64,000 bases of DNA from Haliotis rufescens. Lineage: Eukaryota. The DNA is taken from the NCBI RefSeq assembly GCF_023055435.1, contig NW_025963846.1:14012001-14076000 (forward strand), written 5' to 3'. Made by a program: the position numbers and the translations under genes. The notes beneath the pieces are model-generated. The model made no database searches, was not told where the DNA came from, and saw only the letters and a program-made list of their open reading frames with translations. Positions 24,640 through 36,445 of the stretch are shown here, in pieces; the stretch's first letter is position 1, and every line of letters starts with the position of its first letter.

Positions 24640-26800
24640 ATAGTAATAGTAATAGTAGTGGTACTATTAAAAACTAGATAGGTTTTCAGCCTTCTCGAAA
24701 AGGATTTTTGTGAGAGAATCAGATGCTCAGCCAGGTGACTCAGAGAGCCAAGAGTGCCAAGAGAACTGGGGAAAACGCTGGAAGAACTCGCCAATACCTG
24801 GGAGATGGAGAAGCAGGCTGAGATGGAGCAGACGAAGGATAGAAAGATGAGGTTCATCATCAACTTGTCAGCCACCTCACCAGTGAGCCCAGAGTGAGTG
24901 AGTATAGTTTTACGTCGCTTTTAGCAATATTCCACACATTGTACCCATGTGGGGAATCGAACGTGGGTCTTCGGCGTGACGAGTGAATGCCTTTACCACT
25001 AGGCTATCTCATCGTGCCACTGAGACCAGAAGTAGTGAGGACAGCTAACAACCTCCTGGATCAAAGCGGAACCGAAGAAGGCGCCAATACATCCAAACGG
25101 ACGACCGAAGAAAAAGATTCTAAGCAAGGTCCAAACTTTTCAGGATCGACCTCATTGCTTCTGGAGATGACCGAAGAGGAGAGGCGATAGTCCAGAGTGG
25201 AGTAATACAATTAAAATCTAGGTATACAAAGGAACACATCAGGCTTTAGGAACTGAAACAAACGTTGGAAGAACTCGCCAATACCTGGATGATGGAGAAA
25301 CAAGCAGAGATGGATCAGACAGAGGAGATGAAGACATCCAAAGGGCCGACTGTTTCCGTCCTGATAACTTTGTGAGTGTTAGCTCCGATGCAAACAACAT
25401 CAGTAAAACGAGAGTTTTTCCGTGTGGCATGGCGAGCGTCAGTCATCCATGTTCGGGTATGTCACAATTTCTTCTAAAAGTGCATCCTCGCAAGATTAAC
25501 GACTTAAATCACAAACGACTTCTTTATAGTTAACATTCTAGCAATACCTACCATTTTTTTCAATATTCGTCACTCTAGATCTACAGATCGGTTGCATAAA
25601 ATTAGCAGACAACAAATAGAGAAAAGCGGGTAATTGGGCATGGCTTATGTAACCCATAGGGGTGTGACAGGTGACTTTCGCTTTTGATAATAGTATAACT
25701 TTGAGACTTTTTAGAGAACCTTACTTGAGTTGCATATATTATTTCGTTTTGCACAAGTTTTGTTAATATAATACAAACTTGGTCGGTTTTGATTGTTTGA
25801 ATGCAGTGAATTCCATTAACCATCCAGACCAAAACAACCCATCCAGCCCGACGCGTATTAGACTACCCACCGATGCTTGGGTTATAAGAAACAGCTTTTG
25901 AAAATGTATATTCGGAATGTGGAATTTCAAACCTATAAATTGCATGTATATATACAAATCTGAAATAAATGTAGGATAACAGAACGTGTTCCTATTTCTT
26001 TGACAAGACATTGGGTCTTAAATCACTTCTCATTGTTTCTTCGCACATCTTACAGTATCTATTGTTTAATACACAATATATCTGACAGCCGTTAAATTTG
26101 GTCTTAGTCATTGATTCTTAATTAGAAACAATACAGGACATGGCATGTTTGATCAAGACCTTGTTACTCGGTCTGTATTTGCAAACTGAGGACTCAACTA
26201 TTTAGCCTAATTTAAAATGACTATGTTATGCTAGTAAAGACCTATTCAGCTAAAATAGAAACACTAATTCAAAATAAATGCATATAAAACAAGCATAAAG
26301 TAACCCCAACCAGCAATACAAAATCTCCAATTCTATATAAGCTCGAAGTCCGTACAGAGTTATGGTTATTGCTGGACATTTTTTCGGACAAAACACAAGA
26401 AATACCGGTACATTGTACTGCAGCATAGTAAGAAGAGATTCAGGGAAGACGTTTTGCTTAATGACATTGCAACCAACAAAATACCAGGTTCTTTTTTCAA
26501 ATTCGTCTCCATAACCCATGATGTGTAAATGTTTACAAGATGTAGTTACTTGTAAAAGTTTATTAGACTTGCACTGAGCTTGTAATCCTCTTGAACCTTG
26601 ATTCCTTCACTTGATCTGATGTATACTGGCCCTATGAACACTCGTATACAACCTTGCCTCATGGTGGACAAAAAGGTTGGGCCGAACAAAGTCATTCTGA
26701 ATGTTCCAAAGTTGCCGACTTGACATACTTGACGCGCATTGTGTTGTGATGAATGATATATGACAGGTTCAGATTATTATAATTTTCTCGTTAACTTGTA
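23090..26800. pseudogene. Degenerate, rearranged DDE-type DNA transposase relic(s)
   Basis: Minus strand 25500-25360 and 23298-23090 read MTDARHATRKNSRFTDVVCIGANTHxVIR..HELIATQRIY..VKLHCHD. Plus strand 23490-24130 reads YGHDRNPVINKFIR..FYWCIRNC..DTFSVESFINSLLQYHNKRINF..AVLDWNEH. This is a D/D/E-like motif series broken by stops and frameshifts. Family recognition is from memory, not a search. Confidence 0.7.
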
Positions 26801-29129
26801 TTCTCTTTGATCTGTCAGTAAAATCTGTTCACACTACCAATGATTTCTCTGTAACGCGTGTCAGGAAATTTATCTTCTGGACTGTTTGCCAGTTGACCGT
26901 AACAGTTACAGGGGCCCAGACCGCTAGACTTGTTCAGACTTCAGTTTCCCCTGCACTGCAATACATAAAAAAATTCCGTCATGTCAGTTGTTATCTTACT
27001 CAATCTGATTAACATAATCTACGTTATCATTCATTGCATCAGACAAATATTGAGTATAGCTAGTGAGTCAATAATGAGGTCATAATCGAACAAAGTTTTA
27101 TAAATTAAACATGCCCGCCCGTGAGTCGCTAATGACAGGTACTTTGTTTGCCGAACTCGGTAAAGAAAATCAGCATCGATCAATCCTAATTGATGTGTCA
27201 AAAAAGTTGAGTAAAGAACAAGTAACATTTTGCGTATGAAATATTTCATAGGTTTGTAAACGTTCGCCATGACGATTCATTTATATATTAACTACAGCGA
27301 TAATATCTAGCGTACCATCCTAGCGGCTACCAATTAATGCAAAACCAATGAATGCCACAATCCAATTAAAAACAGATCTTAGTTCTCGCTTTGTTTAGCG
27401 GTAGCGAGAACTGAGATATATAAGCGCAATCGGGGAAATGAGTTCTAGATGTTACACAATAGGCCTAACGCAACTGTAACATCAATGACACCTCACTTAC
27501 GTTTTCCATCCAAGGATTAGGCTAGCCCTCATCGATCTTCTGCAGGGCCCGACAACAATGAAAGGTTTCACTTCAAACCACAAGAATCGAATGAGAGTCG
27601 AAATATCCTGCACATACGTCTTACCCTTTAGTATATACCCCATTCCTGCCAACTTTTGCTTTCTTTCCCTCGGGTATATCACCGTTTCTCCTAACATCAT
27701 TTTCTTATTCGTCAACGCATATGTCGCTGCCATTTTGACACTGCGCGCGGAAACGACAGATAACTCTTACGTGATTACCAGGGGAGATAACCATACATAT
27801 ACCAGTGAACGAAGTCGAGGCGTCTTATGTTTACAATAATGATATTTTTCAATATTTTTTGCATTTTACACTTTTGTCATGAGTCATAAGTCTCTCTCAT
27901 ATTCGACGAACGTGTAACCCACACAGATACTAAAATGACACTGGCGGACCTACAGCTTGCCTGTTAATCAGCAAATGACTTAGTGGCGCTATTTGATGTT
28001 CTTTGCTTTTCCGAAATAATTTAAATAGAGGAATATGCTGTAAGCCTCAACTTACGGACATTTTCGATTTTAAGTGATGTACAAATATTTCATATACTTA
28101 TTATTAACAATGAAACAGAATATAACCTTGGAAAAACCGCTCTGTCTGAACAAACGCGTGTCGGGAAGAGACCTCGTCACGTGACCAAGCCTTCTCCCAC
28201 TCCAAGATCCGACCGCTGTTCACTAAATTGCACCTCCACCCTTACCACAGCGATCGCGATTGTCTGTTTTTGTTAATCATAGTCATATACACAACTCTTT
28301 TTTGTCACATTTTAGATCTGACCAGGTTTAGTATCTAAAAATGTCTATTTAACACTGTAGACAATATGGGCGACTAATTTTTTTATCAAACAAGGAAAAT
28401 AGGGGTTGCACTTCATTAACGGCTATATTTGAAGGAATGGATTTTAAGAACCGACTTAGGGCAAAAAAGGAAAAAGGATTTCTTTCTCACTATCATGCGT
28501 GTCATTTTATATGGAAGCGTTAAATTGCCACGTTCTAAAAAAATATCTACGTAGAGGATACTTACATTTACCTAGAAGACACTTTCATCAAAGTGTACAT
28601 GATGTTATAATCGTGAGTATCGTTACTCATTCAGAGATATTGTTCGACAGTAGATGATACTTACAGTAGATGAGTAGTATCAGTTACGCGTAGGTGATAT
28701 TTCTTTTGCTTCTTTTTTTTAGAATGTGGCACTCATTCCAAGAGTTACCGAACGTGTAGTGGACACTAGATGCTTCTATAGATGTCAAGCGAAATTATTT
28801 CACAAAAAATGAGTCTTTGTAACCTGTATGCTTCTTTGATAATTTTGTTACACATATCCCTAGCGGGGTGTATCTTCTGTCTCGTGGCGTACAAGTAGAT
28901 TCAACGCGTAAAATCTCGCCAATGAGTCCAGTGTTTTGTGATGTGTGGTGTGGTGTGTTTTGTCGTTTATTAACCAATTTCAGATTTGTATTGTATTTAC
29001 ATTGATTCAATCGGTGCTCCGTTCGTTAGAATTGACAAAAAAACACTAGACCAATCTCCAAGACATCTTTTACAATGATTACGGACAGCGTCGTCCAAAA
29101 TTACATCCCATGTGACGAAAGATCCCTTT

Positions 29130-29262
29130 CGCGGGAAGTGACGTCATAGACGACCCCGCATAGTTACGACTTCATTGTCAGCGCATCGCCGCCTTAGTCA
29201 GACGTTTTGTTGCTGCAGCTGTTGTTTCACGCCGTTTCAGACGCTGCCATCTTGATTGGTCG
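29130..29262. promoter_or_regulatory. CpG-rich putative promoter (ETS-like GGAAGTG, CRE TGACGTCA, YY1-like GCCATCTT, inverted CCAAT)
   Basis: GCGGGAAGTGACGTCATA at 29131-29148, GCCATCTTG at 29246 and ATTGG at 29255, immediately before the ATG at 29263. Confidence 0.5.
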
Positions 29263-30781
29263 ATGGGAGGTAGGTGACATATCTCGTATAATATCATTTA
29301 ACATGTATAGGAACGTGTAAGCGATTCAATATATTTTTACGCAAGTTTTAGCAAATTTGCAGCTGCCGGTTACCCTACAACCGAGGATTCGAACGAAAAC
29401 CTGAAGAACAGTAAGCATCTTGTCTTTTAACACATCGTATCAGTTGCGAAATAAGTGACATGTTTATCTGAATATATTATTGCTGGTAAACGAAGACACC
29501 CAGAAAGTCAAATTGAATGACTGATTGAATGAGAGACACAGTATAACACTTCGGGAATGATGAAATGCATAGTTTGTTTTATTTCTCTGCAGCACTGAAA
29601 ACAAGATGATCTTTCTGCATGGTTTGGCTTTAGCCGTGTATGAGGTACAGAGATACCTCATATACCGCGATGGTAGGTATTCGTTTAAACAATATTCCAG
29701 CTATATGACGTCGGTCTGTACATAATCAAGCCAGATGATAGAGTGGTTGACATTATGAGCATCGATGCTATAAGTTTAGTCACAGAACCTTGCTACCGAA
29801 CCATTTAGTCTACAATTAAAAGACCTTTTCTAACCCAGATGGATGAACCTAAACTCTGCTCTTTAGGTGACGTATAAACTCTACTCTACTATTTCTCCCT
29901 CACAACCCATGTCTACATGGTGATTGGTGGTCGGGAGTAGCACACAGAAGAATGTCATTTCTTCTTTCTATGAGATATTTAAAATGTCAGGTATCTAATT
30001 TGATTTTGGACAACATGTGTTTTACATATCTTAGTATGTGCATTAGAGTTAGAGATAGAACTTGATATTTTGTGGAAGTGATCGCCTGACCTACAACCAT
30101 TCGGCCCAACAGATCAGAGATTGGAGATGCTAAGGCGGGATGCAGCTGGGCAAGCCGCCGCGGAGTCCGCTGCCCAAAAGAACCTCATGATTGCGGCTGA
30201 TGCTGCAGTGAAGGCCAAGGTTGCTGCTGCTGTAGCAGACGCTGAGTATGCCGCCTGGAAGGCCCTGATTGCTGCAGCTCTGGAGGCCGAGAGAGTGTCT
30301 GCAAACTTAAGGAAGAACGCCGGGACGCCTGCAGCGTTGGAGGCCGACAGATTAGCTGCAGCTGCCACGGTGAAGGGCCATTCTGCTGCTGCAGCACTGG
30401 AGGCCGAGAGAGAAGAAGCAGCCTTTGCCATGGCCCAGTCTGCTGCAGCACAAAATGCTGAGAACCTGTCTGCAGCTGCTGCTTATTTGGCCAATGATGA
30501 AGACGCTGCAGGTGGGAACTATGGAAGCATTATACATAATACGTCAAGGAAAACCGTTTCAAATGCCTAAACATAAAAAAGACTGAATGTCAGTGTTTGT
30601 GAACGTAGTTGCAGATATTTCCTCAACCATGCTGTAGCATATTAGTTGCTGACATTGTTATTTTCTTGCAGTCAAACAAGAAGCCCAACAAGAAGGGCAT
30701 GTTCGGAGGCATGAAGACTGGCTTCATGCTGTAAATGCTGTGTCTGATTGGTCCTCGGCCGTCTACGTCATTCCTGCATGA
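29263..30781 (+). CDS. Predicted Ala-rich helical/coiled-coil orphan protein, ~187 aa, 4 exons (last exon frame uncertain)
   Basis: ATG GGA G|gtaggt (29263-29269); ttgcag|CTGCC..AAGAACA|gtaagc (29363-29410); aacag|ATCAG..GCTGCAG|gtggga (30113-30511); ttgcag|TCAAAC..TGA (30672-30781). All junctions are phase 1. Only the Ala-rich frame of the large exon is open. Promoter-like motifs lie at 29130-29260. Confidence 0.6.
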
Positions 30782-31279
30782 TCCACCCGCATGTCCTCCA
30801 CTAACGACCTTGACCCTGATTGAAATCGAAACGCCCGATGAACTTTTTGCTCTGTGTATAAGAAACCTTCTGATCAACTTCATAAGAGATGCGTTAATTT
30901 AGAGGCTGATGGGTAAACAGTTTAACATATTATTCGGATATCCATAAATGTACGTGTAATTATCGTTTCTTTAGATATGTGTTGATTTACATCTTGATTA
31001 TCATGTTGATTTACTGTCTGATATTTAGTGATGACAAATATCCCGACCAGCAGGAACACTGACCGACTGTGACGGGATTGTGCGGATGTGTTGTGTCACC
31101 ATCCATGTGTTGTTGACAGTCCAGGGCGGACTAAATCGTGCTAAAGTTGTACAGACTAGGTTGTTCAATACAAGCGTCATGTTGTCAGAAACATTATCAA
31201 GTTGTTAAAGAGGGGTCGGTGATGAAGTAGACAGGGCGATAAGAGAGGTGGTGAGCGACCAGGTGCTACAGGTGTGGTT

Positions 31280-31652
31280 AGTGGGGTGTTAGAGAGGTGG
31301 TTCGTGGGGTGTTAGAGAGGTGGTTCGTGGGGTGTTAGAGAGGTGGTTCGTGGGGTGTTAGGCAGGCAGTTAGTGATCAGGCGTTAGAGAGGTGGTTCGT
31401 GGGGTGTTAGGCAGGCAGTTAGTGATCAGGCGTTAGGCAGACAGTTAGTGATCAGGCGTTAGAGAGGTGGTTAGTGATTGGGTGTTAGAGAGGGGGTCGG
31501 TGAGGTGTTGGAGGTGTGGTTAGTGATCAGGTGTTAGAAGGGCGGTTAATGATCAGGTGTTAGGGGGTCGGTGAGGTGTTACAGAGGTGGTTGGTGATCA
31601 GGTGTTAGGGGGTCGGTGAGGTGTTACAGAGGGGGTCGGTGAGGTGTTAGAG
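31280..31652. repeat. Degenerate ~21-24-bp G-rich minisatellite (GTGTTAGAGAGGTGGTTCGTGGG)
   Basis: Directly visible tandem units. Confidence 0.85.
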
Positions 31653-32001
31653 AGTTGGGCGTGTCAGCGGGAAAGTTTTGGTTGACGGTAACCTGACATA
31701 CGTCCTTATTTGAAACCCTCTTCTGTGATGGTCGTAGGTAAAATCGCTTCTCATTTGCCTGGGAGATGTGTCATTTTCTTTGCGAGAACTCTCTCCTTCC
31801 TTGCTGGAGAATCTTCTCCATTCTTCCCAGGAGTATTGTCTCGGCCTTTGGTGGAGAATCGTCTCTCTCATTTGTCCGGGAGTTTTGTCTCTTTCCTTTT
31901 GTGGGAATGTTCTCTCATCCTTTGGGCTTATTCGTTCAATGTTTGATGGAGAATCTTCTTTAATGTGGGAGTTGTATCTTTTACTTGCTGGGGAATCGTC
32001 A

Positions 32002-32044
<43 letters not shown>

Positions 32045-32186
32045 GGTTAAACAACGTTTGTAATTATGCAATTAATATAAATAAATATAATAAAATATAT
32101 TAATTGAAAACATTTGTATAAGTGAGGTGTGTGCGTTGGACGTGGGTGCATCCTCTATCTTATTAAACATCGGTGAGGTAGTTTCC

Positions 32187-35100
32187 CGTCTCTATGATTC
32201 TGTTCCAAGGACACCAGTGTCACCTCTCTAGTATTGTGTTCCAAAGACACCAGTGCCACCTCTCCAGTATTGTGTTCCAAGGACACCAGTGTCACCTCTC
32301 TAGTATTGTGATCCAAAGACACCAGTGTCACCTCTCTATGATTCTGTTCCAAGGACACCAGTGTCCCCTCTCTAGTATTTTGATCCAAAGACACCAGTGT
32401 CAACTCTCTATGATTCTGTTCCAAAGACACCAGTGCCACCTCTCTAGTATTGTGTTCCAAAGACATCAGTGTCACCTCTCTAGTATTTTGTTCCAAAGAC
32501 ACCAGTGTCACCTCTCTAGTATTGTGTTCCAAGGACACCAGTGTCACCTCTCTAGTATTGTGTTCCAAAGACACCAGTGTCACCTCTCTAGTATTGTGTT
32601 CCAAGGACACCAGTGTCACCTCTCCAGTATTTTGTTCCAAAGACATCAGTGTCACCTCTCTAGTATTGTGTTCCAAGGACACCAGTGTCACCTCTCTAGT
32701 ATTGTGTTCCAAAGACACCAGTGCCACCTCTCTAGTATTGTGTTCCAAAGACACCAGTGTCACCTCTCTAGTATTGTGTTTCAAAGACACCAGTGTCACC
32801 TCTCTAGTATTGTGTTCCAAAGACACCAGTGTCACCTCTCTAGTATTGTGTTTCAAAGACACCAGTGTCACCTCTCTAGTATTGTGTTCTAAAGACACCA
32901 GTGTCACCTCTCTAGTATTTTGTTCCAAATATATCAGTGTCACCTCTCTAGTATTGTGTTCCAAGGACACCAGTGTCACCTCTCTAGTATTGTGTTCCAA
33001 GGACACCAGTGTCACCTCTCCAGTATTGTTCCAAAGACACCAGTGTCACCTCTCTAGTATTGTGTTCCAAAGACACCAGTGTCACCTCTCCAGTATTGTG
33101 TTCCAAGGACACCAGTGCCACCTCTCTAGTATTGTGTTCCAAATATATCAGTGTCACCTCTCTAGTATTGTGTTCCAAAGACACCAGTGTCGCCTCTCCA
33201 GTATTGTGTTCCAAAGACACCAGTGTCACCTCTCTAGTATTGTGTTCCAAAGACACCAGTGTCACCTCTCTAGTATTGTGTTCCAAATATATCAGTGTCA
33301 CCTCTCTAGTATTGTGTTCCAAAGACACCAGTGTCGCCTCTCCAGTATTGTGATCCAAAGACACCAGTGTCACCTCTCTAGTATTTTGTTCCAAAGACAT
33401 CAGTGTCACCTCTCTAGTATTGTGTTCCAAAGACACCAGTGTCACCTCTCTAGTATTGTGTTCCAAAGACACCAGTGTCACCTCTCTAGTATTGTGTTCC
33501 AAATATATCAGTGTCACCTCTCTAGTATTGTGTTCCAAAGACACCAGTGCCACCTCTCTAGTATTTTGTTCCAAATATATCAGTGTCACCTCTCTAGTAT
33601 TGTGTTCCAAAGACACCAGTGTCACCTCTCTAGTATTTTGTTCCAAATATATCAGTGTCACCTCTCTAGTATTGTGTTCCAAAGACACCAGTGTCACCTC
33701 TCTAGTATTGTGTTCCAAAGACACCAGTGTCGCCTCTCCAGCATTGTGTTCCAAAGATACCAGTGTCACCTCTCTAGTATTGTGTTCCAAAGACACCAGT
33801 GTCACCTCTCTAGTATTGTGTTCCAAAGACACCAGTGTCGCCTCTCCAGCATTGTGTTCCAAAGACACCAGTGTCACCTCTCTAGTATTGTGTTCCAAAG
33901 ATACCAGTGTCACCTCTCTAGTATTTTGTTCCAAAGACACCAGTGTCAACTCTCTAGTATTGTGTTCCAAAGACACCAGTGTCAACTCTCTAGTATTGTT
34001 CCAAAGACACCAGTGTCACCTCTCTAGTATTGTGATCCAAATATATCAGTGTCACCTCTCTAGTATTGTGTTCCAAAGACACCAGTGTCAACTCTCTAGT
34101 ATTGTTCCAAAGACACCAGTGTCACCTCTCTAGTATTGTGATCCAAAGACACCAGTGTCACCTCTCTAGTATTGTGTTCCAAAGACACCAGTGTCAACTC
34201 TCTAGTATTGTTCCAAAGACACCAGTGTCACCTCTCTAGTATTGTGTTCCAAAGATACCAGTGTCACCTCTCTAGTATTGTGTTCCAAAGACACCAGTGT
34301 CAACTCTCTAGTATTGTTCCAAAGACACCAGTGTCACCTCTCTAGTATTGTGATCCAAATATATCAGTGTCACCTCTCTAGTATTGTGTTCCAAAGACAC
34401 CAGTGTCAACTCTCTAGTATTGTTCCAAAGACACCAGTGTCACCTCTCTAGTATTGTGTTCCAAAGACACCAGTGCCACCTCTCTAGTATTGTGTTCCAA
34501 AGACACCAGTGTCACCTCTCTAGTATTGTGATCCAAAGATACCAGTGTCACCTCTCTAGTATTTTGTTCCAAAGACACCAGTGTCAACTCTCTAGTATTG
34601 TGTTCCAAAGACACCAGTGTCAACTCTCTAGTATTGTTCCAAAGACACCAGTGTCACCTCTCTAGTATTGTGATCCAAATATATCAGTGTCACCTCTCTA
34701 GTATTGTGTTCCAAAGACACCAGTGTCAACTCTCTAGTATTGTTCCAAAGACACCAGTGTCACCTCTCTAGTATTGTGATCCAAAGACACCAGTGTCACC
34801 TCTCTAGTATTGTGATCCAAAGACACCAGTGTCACCTCTCTAGTATTGTGTTCCAAAGACACCAGTGTCAACTCTCTAGTATTGTTCCAAAGACACCAGT
34901 GTCACCTCTCTAGTATTGTGTTCCAAAGATACCAGTGTCACCTCTCTAGTATTTTGTTCCAAAGACACCAGTGTCAACTCTCTAGTATTGTTCCAAAGAC
35001 ACCAGTGTCACCTCTCTAGTATTGTGATCCAAATATATCAGTGTCACCTCTCTAGTATTGTGTTCCAAAGACACCAGTGTCAACTCTCTAGTATTGTTCC

Positions 35101-36445
35101 AAAGACACCAGTGTCACCTCTCTAGTATTGTGATCCAAAGACACCAGTGTCACCTCTCTAGTATTGTGTTCCAAAGACACCAGTGTCAACTCTCTAGTAT
35201 TGTTCCAAAGACACCAGTGTCACCTCTCTAGTATTGTGTTCCAAAGATACCAGTGTCAACTCTCTAGTATTGTGTTCCAAAGACACCAGTGTCAACTCTC
35301 TAGTATTGTTCCAAAGACACCAGTGTCACCTCTCTAGTACTGTGTTCCAAAGACACCAGTGTCACCTCTCTAGTATTGTTCCAAAGACACCAGTGTCACC
35401 TCTCTAGTATTGTGATCCAAAGACACCAGTGTCAACTCTCTAGTATTGTGTTCCAAAGACACCAGTGTCAACTCTCTAGTATTGTTCCAAAGACACCAGT
35501 GTCACCTCTCTAGTATTGTGTTCCAAAGATACCAGTGTCACCTCTCTAGTATTGTGTTCCAAAGACACCAGTGTCAACTCTCTAGTATTGTTCCAAAGAC
35601 ACCAGTGTCACCTCTCTAGTATTGTGATCCAAATATATCAGTGTCACCTCTCTAGTATTGTGTTCCAAAGACACCAGTGTCACCTCTCTAGTATTGTGTT
35701 CCAAAGACACCAGTGTCAACTCTCTAGTATTGTTCCAAAGACACCAGTGTCACCTCTCTAGTACTGTGTTCCAAAGACACCAGTGTCACCTCTCTAGTAT
35801 TGTTCCAAAGACACCAGTGTCACCTCTCTAGTATTGTGTTCCAAAGACACCAGTGTCACCTCTCTAGTATTGTGTTCCAAGGACACCAGTGTCACCTCTC
35901 TAGTATTGTGTTCTAAAGACACCAGTGTCACTTCTCTAGTATTGTGTTCCAAAGACACCAGTGTCACCTCTCTAGTATTGTGTTCCAAAGACACCAGTGT
36001 CACCTCTCTAGTATTGTGTTCCAAGGACACCAGTGTCACCTCTCTAGTATTGTGTTCCAAAGACACCAGTGTCACCTCTCTAGTATTGTGTTCCAAAGAC
36101 ACCAGTGTCACCTCTCTAGTATTGTGTTCCAAGGACACCAATGCCACCTCTCTAGTATTGTAATCCAAATATATCAGTGTCACCTCTCTAGTATTGTGAT
36201 CCAAATATATCAGTGTCACCTCTCTAGTATTGTGTTCCAAAGACACCAGTGCCACCTCTCTAGTATTGTGTTCTAAAGACACCAGTGTCACCTCTCTAGT
36301 ATTTTGTTCCAAAGACATCAGTGTCACCTCTCTAGTATTGTATTCCAAAGACACCAGTGTCACCTCTCTAGTATTGTATTCCAAAGACACCAGTGTCACC
36401 TCTCTAGTATTGTGTTCCAAAGACACCAGTGTCACATCTCCAGTA
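32187..36445. repeat. 36-bp satellite TGTTCCAAAGACACCAGTGTCACCTCTCTAGTATTG, ~4.3 kb, roughly 120 units
   Basis: Directly visible; 34-bp deletion variants are concentrated in ~33990-35810. Confidence 0.98.

Noticed and set aside
31647-32103. ORFs of 111-135 aa
   Set aside because: Low-complexity GGAGAATC.TCTC repeats plus an (AAT)n microsatellite, with no domain or splice support.
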